From the NCBI RefSeq assembly GCF_036321535.1, contig NC_087437.1, positions 53,322,001-53,386,000 of the forward strand: a stretch of DNA of 64,000 nt. The letters are read 5' to 3'. Positions 14,911 through 28,830 of the stretch are shown in pieces (position 1 is the first letter of the stretch; each line of letters begins with the position of its first letter). Below the pieces are notes generated by a model. It had not been told where the DNA came from. It was given only the letters and a program-made list of their open reading frames with translations, and ran no database searches. Position numbers and translations under genes: made by a program. This DNA is from Camelus dromedarius. Its lineage: Eukaryota.

Positions 14911-15703
14911 TAGAATATATAAACAGCTCATACGACTAAATAAGAAAAAAACAAACAACCCAATCCAAAAATGGGCAGAAGACCTAAACAAGCAGTTCTC
15001 CAGTAAAGGCATATGAATGACCAGTAAGCACATGAAAAAATGCCCAATATCACTAATTATCAGAGAAATGCAAATCAAAACTACAGTGAGGTATCACCTC
15101 ACACTAGTCATAATGGCCATCATTCAAAAGTCCACAAATGATAAATGCTGGAGAAGGATGTGGAGAAAAGGGAACCCTCCTACACTGTTGGTGGGAATGC
15201 AGTTTGGTGTAGCCATTGTGGAAAACAGTATGGAGTTTCCTCAAAAGACTGAAGATAGACTTACCATGTGACCCAGCAATGGACATATATCTGGAGGGAA
15301 CCTTAATTCAAAAAGACACCTGCACCCCAATGTTCATAGCAGCACTATTTACAATAGCCAAGACATGGAAACAACCTAAATGTCTATCGACAGATGACTG
15401 GATAAAGAAGCTGTGGTATATTTATACAATGGAATACTACCCAGCCATAACAAATGATAAAATAATGCCATTTGCAGCAACATGAATGGCTCTGGAGAAT
15501 GTCATTCTAAGTGAAGTAAGCCAGTAAACTGGTGTATATAAAATAGATAAACATAAATAGTGTATACATATTCAATATCTTGTAGAGTTTAGGGTAAAAA
15601 AGAATATGAAAATGAATTTATCTGTATTCATGTATGACTGAAGCATTGTGCTGTACACCAGAAATCGACACATTGTAAACTGACTATACCTCAAAAAAAA
15701 AAA
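14911..15703 (+). mobile_element. 5'-truncated young L1 (ORF2 C-terminus plus internally deleted 3'UTR, poly-A)
   Basis: Translations match L1 ORF2 C-terminus ([56 protein letters not shown]); A13 tail; 15-bp TSD at 14896-14910 and 15704-15718. Confidence 0.95.
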
Positions 15704-15796
15704 AAGATTTGGGGAATCCATTCACCAAGATTGGTGTTTTTTTTAGGGGGTGTTGTATAGTTGTCATCATCACTATGCTAACATCTGAGGTTTCTT

Positions 15797-15933
15797 TTTG
15801 TTTTTTGGGGGGGACGGTTTGGAGGGGGTGGGTAATTAGGTTTATTTATTTTTAGAGGCGGTACTGGAGATTGAATCCAGGACTTTGTGCATGCTAGGCA
15901 TGTACTCTACCACTTGAGCTATACCCTCCCCCT
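15797..15933 (-). mobile_element. Young tRNA-derived SINE
   Basis: Same family as the 1937 copy; perfect TSD CATCTGAGGTTTCTT at 15782-15796 and 15934-15948. Confidence 0.9.
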
Positions 15934-16646
15934 CATCTGAGGTTTCTTAATAACCAAAATTTAACATTAAGATTAGACCTCCTGTACAATCAAAGGTCAC
16001 TGTTTATATTAATAAGATTAAAACTCCTATATAATGAAAGATCACTGAAGCTCAAAGTGATGCTTCTGTTACTTACAAAAATTAATTTTGGTCTTTTAGA
16101 GACCAGAACTTCCTTTTCCTTAAGATCTAGAATTTTACTAAGGCTGATGCTTTTTTAGTTTAATTATGTACCCAAGATTTTTCTACAGAGCAGTAGCTTC
16201 TTCTTTCACCAGAGTTAGTTTCTAAAGAGCTTACATAAAGATGAACACTACGTATGTCCAAAATTATCATTAGGTTCAGCAATACATAGGTTTATATACA
16301 CTATTCTTTTTCTCAGTATCTCCATTATATCCTGATATTTGTCAGTATTGAAACATTGTTTTTTCATTCATTAAGCCCAACTTAGAATTCTTTGGCATAC
16401 TGTATATATGCACACACGTACCTTGTGTCTGGACAATATTAAAAAGTAAATTTTTTGTGGTAGGCAGCAATATAGCTGATATTATATAAATTAAAAATTA
16501 TGTATGATGTATGACTCCAATGTATAAAAAATGTCTTTCAGTTTTGCTCATTGGTAGACCACAATATTTTATCAGTGTGGATAAAACTAAAATTATAAGA
16601 TGTGAACTCTGATTTCTTTTCCTGATCATTTTACATTTATCAACAG

Positions 16647-16779
16647 CTTTTTTGGAGATTTTGGTTTCATGTTTGGAGGAACCCCTCGCCAGCAAGACAG
16701 AAATATTCCAAGAGGAAGTGATATTATAGTAGACCTAGATGTCACTTTGGAAGAAGTGTATGCAGGAAATTTTGTAGAA
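16647..16779 (+). CDS. DNAJB11: DNAJB11 exon 4, G/F region
   Basis: [52 protein letters not shown]; 133 nt. Confidence 0.97.
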
Positions 16780-16929
16780 GTAAGTCCAAATAATACAGCT
16801 GTTCATATTGACTCCCAGAATGTGTTGTGAATAAAAACAAGAGGTTTCTGGGTACCTTCTTTGTCTTTTAGGGGTGGGAGAGTGGTCAGGTATATAGGAT
16901 TGAGTTAATCCTAATCCTTGATTCATGAT

Positions 16930-18000
16930 ACACTTTTATTGTTTCATGAACTCATCACTCAGCCCAAGAACTAAATAAAACAATACCAGGAATTACATCT
17001 GCCTACATGCTACTTCCCTATTCCATTCCCCTGACTCCCTTCAGAGGTAACTACTAACATCTTGAGTTTTGTCTTTATTGTTCCCTTGGTACTCTTATTT
17101 GTTTGTTGTATTACATATATACCAATACCTGAATAATACATTGTTTATGTTTATTGTTTTGACTTGGTAAAAATGATATTTTCTGGGGCTGGCCCTTTTC
17201 ACTCACTCTAATATTACCGAGATTCATCCATGTTATTTCTTATAGCTACAATTCTACTGAATAGAATTTCATTGTGAGCACATTGAATCAGTAGGCATGT
17301 AGGTTATTTCTAGGTTTGTTTTTTTTTTTTCTTCCAGTGCCAAACTATGCTTTTATGAAGTCTTGTACATATATCCAGGTATATATGAGCAAGACTTTCT
17401 CTTGGGTAGATGTATGTAAGAGTGGAATTGGAATTGCAAACCGATATTCATTTGTACAAGACAGAACCATAATGTTTCTCAATTATTTGGTACCAGCACT
17501 TCCACCAGCAATGAGAGATCCCACAGATCTGCCACCTCTCTAATACTTGGAATTATTAGACTTCTCAATTTTTGCCCATCAAATGGGTATAAATAAATAA
17601 ATGGGTATATGTTATCTCATTGTGGTCTTTATTTGCATTTTTGATTAGGATACACATCTTTACTGTATATTTATTGGCCATATTTCTTTCCTTTCTTGTG
17701 AAATGGCCATTCATATATTCTGTTCATTTTTCATTTGCCCTTTTCTTACTGATTTCTAAAAAAAGTTTATTCTTAGTATTAATCTTTTTTTGACTGTATG
17801 TGATACAAATATATCCTAACAGTTTGTAGCTTATCTTTTCATTATATTGAAGATTTATTTAAATGAACAGAAGTAATTAATTTTAATATGATCAAATTTA
17901 CCAGTCTCTTTTATGATTAGTTTTGGCTTCTTGTTTAAGAAATTCTTCTCTACCCTAAAATCAGAAAGCAGTTCACCTGTATTTTCTACTGAAACTTTGA
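16930..18000 (-). mobile_element. Old L1M fragment
   Basis: Antisense L1 motifs GATTCATCCATGTT, TCCACCAGCAATGAGAG, TCTCATTGTGGTCTTTATTTGCATTT; approximate. Confidence 0.7.
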
Positions 18001-18005
18001 GCTCG

Positions 18006-18155
18006 CTTACTTATTTATTTATTTATTTGTTTGTTGGGGGAGGTAATTAGGTATATTTATTGTTTATTTATTCTTAGAGGAGGCCTTGGGCATTGAACCC
18101 AGGACCTCACGCATGCTAAACATGCCCTCTACCACTTGAGTTATACCCTCCCCCC
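18006..18155 (-). mobile_element. Young tRNA-derived SINE
   Basis: (TTTA)n tail, GGTAATTAGG, ATTGAACCCAGGACC, CTACCACTTGAGTTATACCCTCCCC. Confidence 0.85.
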
Positions 18156-19419
18156 GGGCTCTTTTAATTTGAAGTTATTCATCTCTTTTTAATTTTGCCA
18201 TAATTTTTTCAAATATTTAATTCTCTTTATTGACATTTCTACTTCTGTCTGCTCTTAACTCTCTTTTAAATATTTAAAAAATTCTTCTTTATCCTTCCCT
18301 GCTTCTTTATAGGAGAATGCCTCATTTTGGTCTTCCAGCTCACTGCTTCAATCTGCAGCTATAGCTATTCTAATAATATCCCACCGGCTGTATTTTTTTT
18401 TCAACTCGCATTTTTATACATAATATTTCTACTTGATTCTTATATTATTTCTTAATCTATTTCAGTTTGCTGATGTCTTCCTTTATCTCCTTAAGTGCTA
18501 CCATACTTATTTTAAATTCTTGGTCTGTCTTCTCTAATAAATTTGGTTAAAATATATGTTTTATCCAGTCTGATGTCTTTGCTGGAAGGCAGAAGAGATA
18601 ATGGGACTCCTTGGGTGTCTAGCTGCTTTAGCCTTTGGGCTCGTATTTCCCCATGGGTATTAGCAACTCTGTTTCCCTGGTAGAACATATTGGGGCCAGC
18701 TCTTGCCTAGTGGTTTTTAACGGTGTTTTATTTGTCTGTCTTCTTGGAGTGTTTTTGTTTTTGTTTTTGTTTGGTGTCTGCAGTGTATTGTTTTTGGGGA
18801 GAGGGGCCAGAGAGATCTTGGCCCAAGGCAGTTCAGGAGAGAGGGAAGAGCAGAACTTCAACTGCTTTTTATTTTTTTAACATCATCACCACCTAATCAC
18901 ATACCAGTTCAAAACAGCCTTGTATCTCAGGAGTTTCATACCAATTTTGTGTTGTCATATTGTTTCCTGGAATCCATGTTTTCTTAGAGTTTTTCCAGGA
19001 TTTTGGAGGAGATCGCCCATAACCTATGCATATGTGCCATCTTGACAAGAAGCATTTTCTTCTTAGTTGTGGCTTGTGCTGTGAATAGTTGACAGAAGAG
19101 GACTAGACAATTGCAGACGGTGCAGGTGGCATGTAACACTGTTATTCAGTGTAAATGGGAGGAAAGGGCATTAAAGATATTTGGGCCACCTCACCTTCAA
19201 ACACAGGACAGGTTGTTCAGGTGGAGGAAAAGATTCATCTCCCTTGTTCTCCTCCAGACCTACTGGCTGCAGTCATTGCTAATACACAATGTGTGTCACT
19301 TTTTTTCAGCATGCTCCTAAACAAATTCCTTTTTAATCCAGTTCTTGTAAAGGATGTACATGACCTTGCTATTTAAATGACCCCATGGCATAGTCTTTTC
19401 AAGAAAAAATTACCTTGAG

Positions 19420-19660
19420 TGAGCATAGTGGTTAAAAGCATGGACTTTGGAGCTTGACTCCCTGGTTTAGGATCCAGGCTCTGCCATGCATTGGTTATGT
19501 GACCTTGGTCATGTCACTGAACCCTTCTGTGCTTGCATTACTTCCTCTGTAAAATGGAGATGGTAACAGTAGCTACTTTATAAAGTTGTTGTGAGGATTA
19601 AGTGAGTTCATATACATAAAAGTGATTAGGGCCTTGCTTGGCACATTGTAAGTGCTATGA
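19420..19660 (+). mobile_element. MIR SINE
   Basis: GCATAGTGGTTAA..GTGACCTTGG..CTGTAAAATGG..GTTGTGAGGATTAA MIR core. Many other MIR fragments in the window are not listed. Confidence 0.8.
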
Positions 19661-20409
19661 TGTGTTGGCTATAATGACTGTTATTGGTGCTGTTTATTCT
19701 GTTGACCTGGGCTTTCATATGTTGATAAGCTTTAAGGGATTTTTCTCCAAGCATTCACGTCATCCTTCTGCATGAGCACGTGCCCTGTGATTAGGTGTTT
19801 GACTAAGTAAACAGGCAAAAACAGGAATACATTTCTTCATGTATTTTAGTTTCCACATGTCTAGAATGTCTGATTGCAATCAGCAACAAAGAGATGACCG
19901 TGTGTCTCTTCTCATGCGTTCAAGTACCTGAATTCAGACCACACTGGAACGCACTCCTAGATTGCGTTGCCTGAAACAAGGAAGTGTTTTCATGAGGGTA
20001 ATAGTGGCTAATCCCAGGGTGGGAGCCACACCAGCTTTTGAAGGCTGTGGTTGTTCTCCAGGGCTTATGCTTTACACAGCTCAGATTTCTTAAGAGATAG
20101 TAATTCTGCAGACTACTTTAACTCCAGAGTATTTAGCTGTGGCGTAGAAATGATGATCCCATACACACTGTCTTCAGTCCTTTCTTACTCCCCTGTCTCC
20201 TCTCCAGCTTTAGAATCTGAGTCAGTTAAAGGTCCGTTTGCTCCACTCCTGTGTGGGGCTGATTTGTAGCTCCCAGACTGTCAGCTCTGGGTCTCCCTGA
20301 GGGATAACGTGGCAGAGAAAGGCGGGTACGCGCAGGTCCCCAATCAGGTGAGGAAACCAAGGGCCATGGGTCACGAGAGGGAAGCTGATGTTGTCTGTGC
20401 ACTTCCTAG

Positions 20410-20553
<144 letters not shown>

Positions 20554-20901
20554 TAAGTGAAAGCGCCATCTTCGGCCTCCCGATGGACACTTTCATAATC
20601 TTCTTGGTGCAATGAAATGCCAACGGTCCTTATCTAGGTTTTCTCCTTCTCTCTCCCCCAATCCTTCTCTCTCTCCCCCATGTTCTACAGGAACATAGAG
20701 CAAAGAAATGTACATTTTAATTTTTTCCAAAAGTATCTCTTCTGAATACCTGCTTTTATGTTTATGAACTAGTAAGCAGTACCCTTTATTTCCGAACATA
20801 CTTAACAAAAATGTTCATGTTTCCTTTTTCCTACAAGACTATTGGCACAATCTTGTATGTCCAGCTGACATTTCAGTTTAGAGAAGTACTACTTGCTGAT
20901 T

Positions 20902-20996
20902 AATTTTTTTTTTCAGTGAAGGTACTGGGGATAGAACCCAGGACCTCGTGCACGATGCAGAGCTTGCACTCTACCACTGAGCTGTTACCTTCCCCC
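20902..20996 (-). mobile_element. tRNA-derived SINE (short-tail form)
   Basis: GGTACTGGGGATAGAACCCAGGACC...CTACCACTGAGCT; TSD TGCTGATT at 20894 and 20997. Confidence 0.85.
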
Positions 20997-21303
20997 TGCT
21001 GATTCTGTTCCAAGTACAGCTATTTAATTGGACCTTCAGTTATATATATATATATCAAAACTAGCTCAGTTATTTGTGGGCTCAGGGGTAAAAATCAGGA
21101 TAAACTCTCCTGCTAGAGTTTCTGGTAAACATGACCCTGCCCTTACAGGTGCACAATTATATAAGTGCAAATAGTGTTCTCTGTTACTCATCACTCAGTT
21201 CAAAGTAATCAGGCTACTGCGGGCTTTTTTAGAGTCAGCAGATGCATGATTATGTGCTACGTAGTAGCTTTGCCCTGGCTTTTGGCAGGGAAGGTGTAAG
21301 TGA

Positions 21304-21582
<279 letters not shown>

Positions 21583-22177
21583 TGAGTACCTCCCAACCCC
21601 ACCTCACCCCATAACTTATGGCCACATTGCAAATGCATATGTCATTTCCAGCACACTTCAGTCAGTTTTACAATATGGAAAGCCGTTTATGACCATCGTG
21701 GTTGGTCACCTTATGCAGTAGCATTACTGTTTATCCTTGGAATATCATGGCCAAAGGTTATTGTCAAGTAGCCCTGGTTATACCAAAGTTTAGTACGTTC
21801 ACAACTTAATGCATTAATTTTAATTCAGCAAGGAAAGAGGATATAGAACTCTAGTTAGCATTAATAAGATGCTCTCAGACCTCAATTTGGGGTTAAATTT
21901 AAAATTCTACAAGAAAGATAGCTTTAAAACATCAGGGTCAGGAAGTTAGTGAATCATTTCTTTGTTTAGGAAGTAGGTCAAGTTATTTATTGCACAGGTG
22001 ATCCTTACTAATAATCTGAAACTTGATATAACCAGGTAGAGACACAGCTCTCACAGGTAGACTTGCCAGTCAACGCTAGGTGGTGGCTTTAAGAAATTCT
22101 CTCAACTGCCAGTTCTCAACTGATCGGCAGTGTTTGACTTGTGTGACTTACAGTGTGCTCTAACCTGTTCTGACCAG

Positions 22178-22235
22178 GTGAGCCTCATGTGGATGGCGAA
22201 CCAGGAGACTTGCGGTTTCGAATCAAAGTTGTCAA
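22178..22235 (+). CDS. DNAJB11: DNAJB11 exon 7
   Basis: EPHVDGEPGDLRFRIKVV(K); AG/GTAAGT; 58 nt. Confidence 0.96.
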
Positions 22236-23309
22236 GTAAGTGATCGCAGTCTAGAGGCCTTCTCTTCAGCACTTGCTTTTCAGATGAGTCAGACTGGAGA
22301 AATAGGGGGAGCCACCAGGGCACTTCCAGACTTTTTACCCCTTTTTATGCTCTTAATACCCTAAATGATTATTTGTAACTTTATAGTAGTACTGAAAATT
22401 TGGGGTTGGAACCAAGGATTGAGCCCATTTTTTAATTTCCTGGGGACTTAAGTCCAAAATAATTTGGAAAGAAAGCATTGATGAGACAGGTAAGGAGCTG
22501 TGAAAGAGAGGCAGACAAGGTGACCTGAGATTTTAACTGAGGAAATACAGCCCCACACGAGAATGGGAGCCTCTTCTGTAGAAAGGACCTGGTGTTACTT
22601 AATCTGCAGCTGCTGGGCAGCTTCTCTGGTTGGCTTCTCTTCAGCCTGAAGTGCTGCTTAGGTAAGAATTTTGCCTGGGACTCAAGCTTTCTTGTTTCTT
22701 ATTTGTCTCTTGTGACCACTTTGGAAACCAGTGATGTGTCTGCTTCTAAGGATTCACTGAAACAAGGTTCCCACCTAAATATGGAGAAACGGGCCCCCGG
22801 TGCCAAGGGCCCTCACAGCACTCCTTAATCTCAGTGATCTTTCCCCAGTGCTCCTCACTTACCTTGTCTTTCTCATCACTTCCCAGAGAAACTGGAACAG
22901 GTGCTATTCCCTGAATAAACTCAGTACCTTCTCAAGTCCTTGTCTTTGCCAGAATTCCTTCTCACCCTATCCCTGTCCTTCCCTGCACCCGCCTCATCTG
23001 CTTCTCCAGAGCTGACCTGGCCTTGCGAGCCCAGCTCTGGAAGCCTCCTGATCCGTCCCAGATGCCCTTCTTCCCCAGCCCCGCGGCCAGAAGTTGCCCT
23101 TCTCTCTTCTCCAGAATCTTACTTACATGCAGTTTTACTTACATGCTTCGGTTTCCACTGATTGTAAGCTCCTTAAGAGTAGGGTTTAATAAATCTTATG
23201 CAACTTTGTAGTCTTGACGAATACTACACAGAAAGGAGCATCTGATAAATGCTTATTGTTTGAAAGAGTGGCACTCATCCTTTTCCATGATTTTTCTAAA
23301 ACTTTTTGA

Positions 23310-23531
<222 letters not shown>

Positions 23532-23621
23532 TGAGATTACTTCAGCCACTTGAGTCGTTTGGAGGAACAGGGACTAAATTCTCAGGCATCACAGCGCCTC
23601 CGCTCCTCACTCTGCCGCTGA

Positions 23622-24158
<537 letters not shown>

Positions 24159-24747
24159 TAAAATCAGACAGTGACAGTAGTTACTGACACTAGTGAGCAC
24201 AAGACTGGGAATGAACTTGCCTCTCTACAAAGGCAATATTAATAATCCTGTTGAGTTACAAAAGGCTGTATAAACTGGGCTTTGAAACCTGGGGAGCGAT
24301 GGGTTGTGTGGGTGTGAAACAGAATCACTTAGAACAAATTAGCTGGACCCAACTGTACAAGGAAAGATGAGGTCTACATTAGAAGGATTAGAGGCCTGGG
24401 GTGAAGTCTGCAATGATTGAAGAGGGCTCAGTTGGTGGGTCCCAAATAAAAAGGAGGTGAAAGAGTTCAAAACTGGAAAGAAGACAAGAAAGAATGAAAG
24501 ACAGCTGAAGAGCTTTCTGTCCATTCACTATCTCTTTCTCAGAGTTCGTGGGATGTATGTGTGGTACGTGTGCCTGAGAGAGAGACAGCGGATCATCTGG
24601 GATGTGTGTGTATGGTACCCACTGGCGATGAAGTTGGACACTGTTAGTCATTTGTTCAGTTCAGGTCCATGGTTGTCATAAGGCCTTTTGTGAGCCACCT
24701 CTCCACAGAACACACTTTAAACTCTAGGGGAGTCACATTTTTGTTAA

Positions 24748-24840
<93 letters not shown>

Positions 24841-24845
24841 CAGTG

Positions 24846-25205
24846 AATAAAATTGGACTTTGTTTAAAAGAAGTGAATCAGCGATATTTATTATCTACGG
24901 GTTTTTTTTGTGTGGTTTTTTTTTTTCAATATGCAAGTTTGGCTTAATTTTTTTCTTCTAATGATCATCATGAAATGAATAAGAGGGCTTACGAATCTGT
25001 CCATTTGTGTTGAGAAAAGAATGACCAGCAAAAGGTTTAATAATACCTCTCCCTTTGGGGATTTATGTCTGGTGCTGCCGCCTGAGGTTCAAGAATTAAA
25101 GCTGCAAGAGGACTCCAGGAGCAAAAGACACACTAGAAAGGGTTGGAGTTAATTGCTAGCTATTTCATTTGAAATGCCAACTGGAGAAGTCTGTTTTTAA
25201 ATACA
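24846..25205 (+). terminator. DNAJB11 candidate poly(A) signals
   Basis: AATAAA 24846-24851, ATTAAA 25095-25100, and AATACA 25200-25205 followed by a T/GT-rich tract. Confidence 0.6.
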
Positions 25206-27954
25206 TTTTGTTGTTAATTTTTTCTTGACTCCTGTTTCTTGTTGGTTTAGCTATAGCATTGTCTCTTCCACGCCCACCTGGGGTACTTCCCCTTGATCAG
25301 CCTCGTTTCCCTCCTTGGGGCCTGTGAGCTAGCTGGGCTGTCCTCCCATCAAGCAAGACGGATGCACAAACCTGTGAAACAGCGATGAAGATCCGGTCCC
25401 CACCCCCAATTAAACATCCCTGGCACCTTCTAGAAAGAAGCTTGAGGAAAATTAGAGATTGGAGTAGGTGAATCAAGGTTACACAGAGACTAATTGTCAC
25501 TGAGAAAGTATATTCCCTCTCACTTAATTTGGGAATAATAAAATCTCATGTGGAAATTTTACTATTTAGAAAGCACTTTTCCTATATCCAATCTCAAGTG
25601 ACCTTTTTTTAAAAAAGTCTTTGGTTTATATTAGAAATTGAGATTATTATGGGCACTAAAAAGGAGTTTAAGTAGTAGAGTTGCAAATTACATTTGCTTT
25701 TCCCAGTGGCACCTAATTCACGTGGTACGTGACTTAAATATATTTGACATCTGGGCCTCTTTCCCTTTTCTACATTATACAGTCAAATCACACTCCACTT
25801 CTCATGACTTTAGTGAGTGACTGTTCCAATGTGGTTGAACAATTGCTGTTGCTGAGTGTGTGGGAGCCGCCGTCTACCTAGCAGTGTGGTTCCAGCAACA
25901 GCCCCACCTTTGGCCATACAACAGCCAGTGCTACTACTGCCTTTTCACAGTATTTTGCCCTATTTTACAAAAATGAGTGGAAAAGGGAAATTTTATCCAT
26001 TTAAAACAGTTAAGAACAAGGTGAAAATCAGCACACCTTGTAACCTTGATAGGACACTATTTGGGCTTGAGTAATCCAACTGTGTGTTCCCTTGTGAAGG
26101 AAGAGGACAAAACTAAGAGGCTTATTTAAAATGTTGAAAAGCTATCTTGGAAATCAAATGTACCACGTAAATACATATGTGAGTTTCGTGGACTTTTTGT
26201 ACGTTTAATATTCATTATATAGTGAGTCGCTGTAGTTAAAAATTTCTTAGAAATAATTATCAACATTTCCCGTCTATATCTTAGCCCAGGAGAGCTCTTG
26301 ATCATTATTTGCACTTGCTAATACCCCATTTTCCAAGATTTTTCAAGAGTCAGTCACATACTAATCTAGAAACTCCCCTTAGAGAGAATGCTTTTGCTAC
26401 AAATGAGAATGTTAAAGGGGCTTTGTAACTGCTATTTATCCATGGCCCAGACTGCCATGAATTAACAAGTTAAAAAAAAGTATGTTTTTTTCACCATTGC
26501 CTCTCTGTAAGCTTCAGTTCACTTTAAGTCCTTTCTCTGAAGCACAGTATAATGTGGAAAGACTTGTACCAAAGTTCCACAGATCTTTCTGTGATAAACC
26601 GTAACAACAGGGTGGGGTGCTGGAGTTGATAGGAAGATCCTAAAACCAAGCTCCAAAGCCCAAGCTTTTTGCACTAGGATACAATGCCCCCCCCCCAGAA
26701 GTTAGTGCTGCCCCGAAATGGAGCTGTGGTCCCTAAGGCAACACACTCCTTACCAAGTAGACTAAAGATGTCCATCTGTCCAGGAATGGGCTTGAGAAGT
26801 TGTAATAGTCAATATGCAAGTTCCTTTCAAGCCAGAAGATTCTATGTGTTATAGAGTTTTCATGTGAAGAACTGAAACTTGTTCTCTTTACTGAGTGAAA
26901 AATACTTACTGAATCCTTACTATGTTTCTGTTCACGTGCTTTATATGGATTAGGTGGTTTATATGGGAGGACTGTTATCCTCAATTTATAGATGAGGAAA
27001 CTGAGTTACATCTCACAGCTTAAAAGTGGTGGGTCTGGCATTCGAACCCAAGCAGTCTACAGAGAATGTGCTCTCAACTGCCAGGAACTCATGATTGCCA
27101 CTTAGAGACAATAAGCAGTATGGAAGGAGTCTAGGTGGTGATGGTGGGAGACTAGGTAATGGGATCTTCAGTCCTACAGAGAAAAATGTCATTCCGATGA
27201 GATATGTAATGAAGCAGAAAGGGTGACTGGCCTGGGATCAGACTCAATTCTGTGACACTGGGCAAGCCAGTTAACCCCCCTGAACCTGTTTTCTCACCTG
27301 CAAAATGGAAATAACGAAGAGTGATACATTTTAACATGAACTTTTGTGCATTTCTAACATATTGTGGCTACACATTTATTTATGTCTATTTCTGGTCCTC
27401 AGCTGCATTCACTATTGGTTAGGTTGCCAGATTCCAGAATCCTAGATGGGTGTTAGTGCTCAGAAATCACTATTTTTAGGAAAGGGGACAAGATATGGAA
27501 ACTTAAAACCAATTTGAAAAGTTGCATTGGTTGTTATTAGAAATGGAAGGAAGATTTTATTCTGTCTTTTGAAAAAAGCTGCAATTAGCTCTAGTAACAT
27601 CTATCCTGAACCAAAAGGCATATCCAAGAACTCCATGAGATAAGCAGAGAAGGAAAAACAGTTCGGTGAGTGTTCACTTTTTAAGCATTCTAGACTTTTA
27701 GTCACTGAAATTGCTCCAGTACTCATGATTGACGGTTGAATACAGGTCACAGGCTGCGGTCACAGGCAGTGGACACTGGTACAGCTTCCACAGTGATTTA
27801 TACATCAAAGAGCCCAGACCCTTTCTCCTTCCACTAAATGAAAGCAATACTTCTGAATGTTATAACTTTAGGTATAGTAACTCTATTGATGCAGCCAGCC
27901 TGAGAATGACATAATTAGAGGGCAGAGTGGACACAGCTGAGCATCAGTGAGAAC

Positions 27955-28285
27955 TCTGCCCGATATGGTAGCCATACGTGGCTTCTGAGCACTTGAGATG
28001 CGGCTGGCGTGAACTGAGAGGAACTATGAGTGTAAAATACACACTGGACTTTGAAGACTTACTACAAAAAAGAATGTAAAGTATCTCAATCATTTTATAT
28101 ATTGATTACATGTCAAAATGATAGTATTCTGGGTATATTTGGTAAACTATATTTTTTAAATGATAAATAAAACAGATTATTAAAATTCACCTGAGGTGGT
28201 TTTAGTTTTGTTTTTACTTCTTAAAATGTGTCTACTAGAAAATTTAAAACTACGTGTGTAGTTCATGTTATAATTTTATTGGTGC
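27955..28285 (+). mobile_element. MER33-like hAT-Charlie DNA transposon relic
   Basis: ATATGGTAGCCA..TGAGCACTTGA..GTGTAAAATACACACTGGACTTTGAAGACTTA..CTACTAGAAAATTTAAAA. Confidence 0.7.
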
Positions 28286-28339
28286 TGCTGATGCCAGGTT
28301 ACTTCTCAACATGGGAGAAGTTGACTAGGACTTTGGGAT

Positions 28340-28830
28340 GAAGGGCCTCCTAGTCATCCCTATTCAATGACCTCTCTTCCAGTTCAGTCCAGTGGTCCAG
28401 ACTGTTTTAAGATATTTCAGGATCCCATCTCAACCATCCGATACTCTGTCTGTGCCTCCCTACCTGATGCTGTCTGTCCTCTGTGCCGGCTGAGACGTCA
28501 AGATTTTTATCCAGTGGAGAAAAGTGCTGACCAGAGAACTGAAGGCTCACTCTTGGATTTTGCCACTGAACGCCTCTCTCCATGTTGTTATTCACCAAAA
28601 CATCAGCACATAGTCATATCGACCGCCATGAAAATAATTTTGCATGTAGCCATATTTCTTATCATGGCCACAAGGTTACGCTGTGAGGCCTTGTTGAAAT
28701 CCATTTACACAATAGCCTATTGTAGGAAATGAGGTGCATCTGACATGACTTATTCGTAGTGAGCCCATGTTGGGTCCTAGGGACCAGCACTTTCTCATCT
28801 AGGTGTTTACAAATGATGCCTAAGTTGACT
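28340..28830 (-). mobile_element. L3/CR1 LINE relic
   Basis: CATGACTTATTCGTAGTGAGCCCATGTTGG and GCCTTGTTGAAATCCA resemble antisense CR1 RT-region DNA. Confidence 0.5.
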
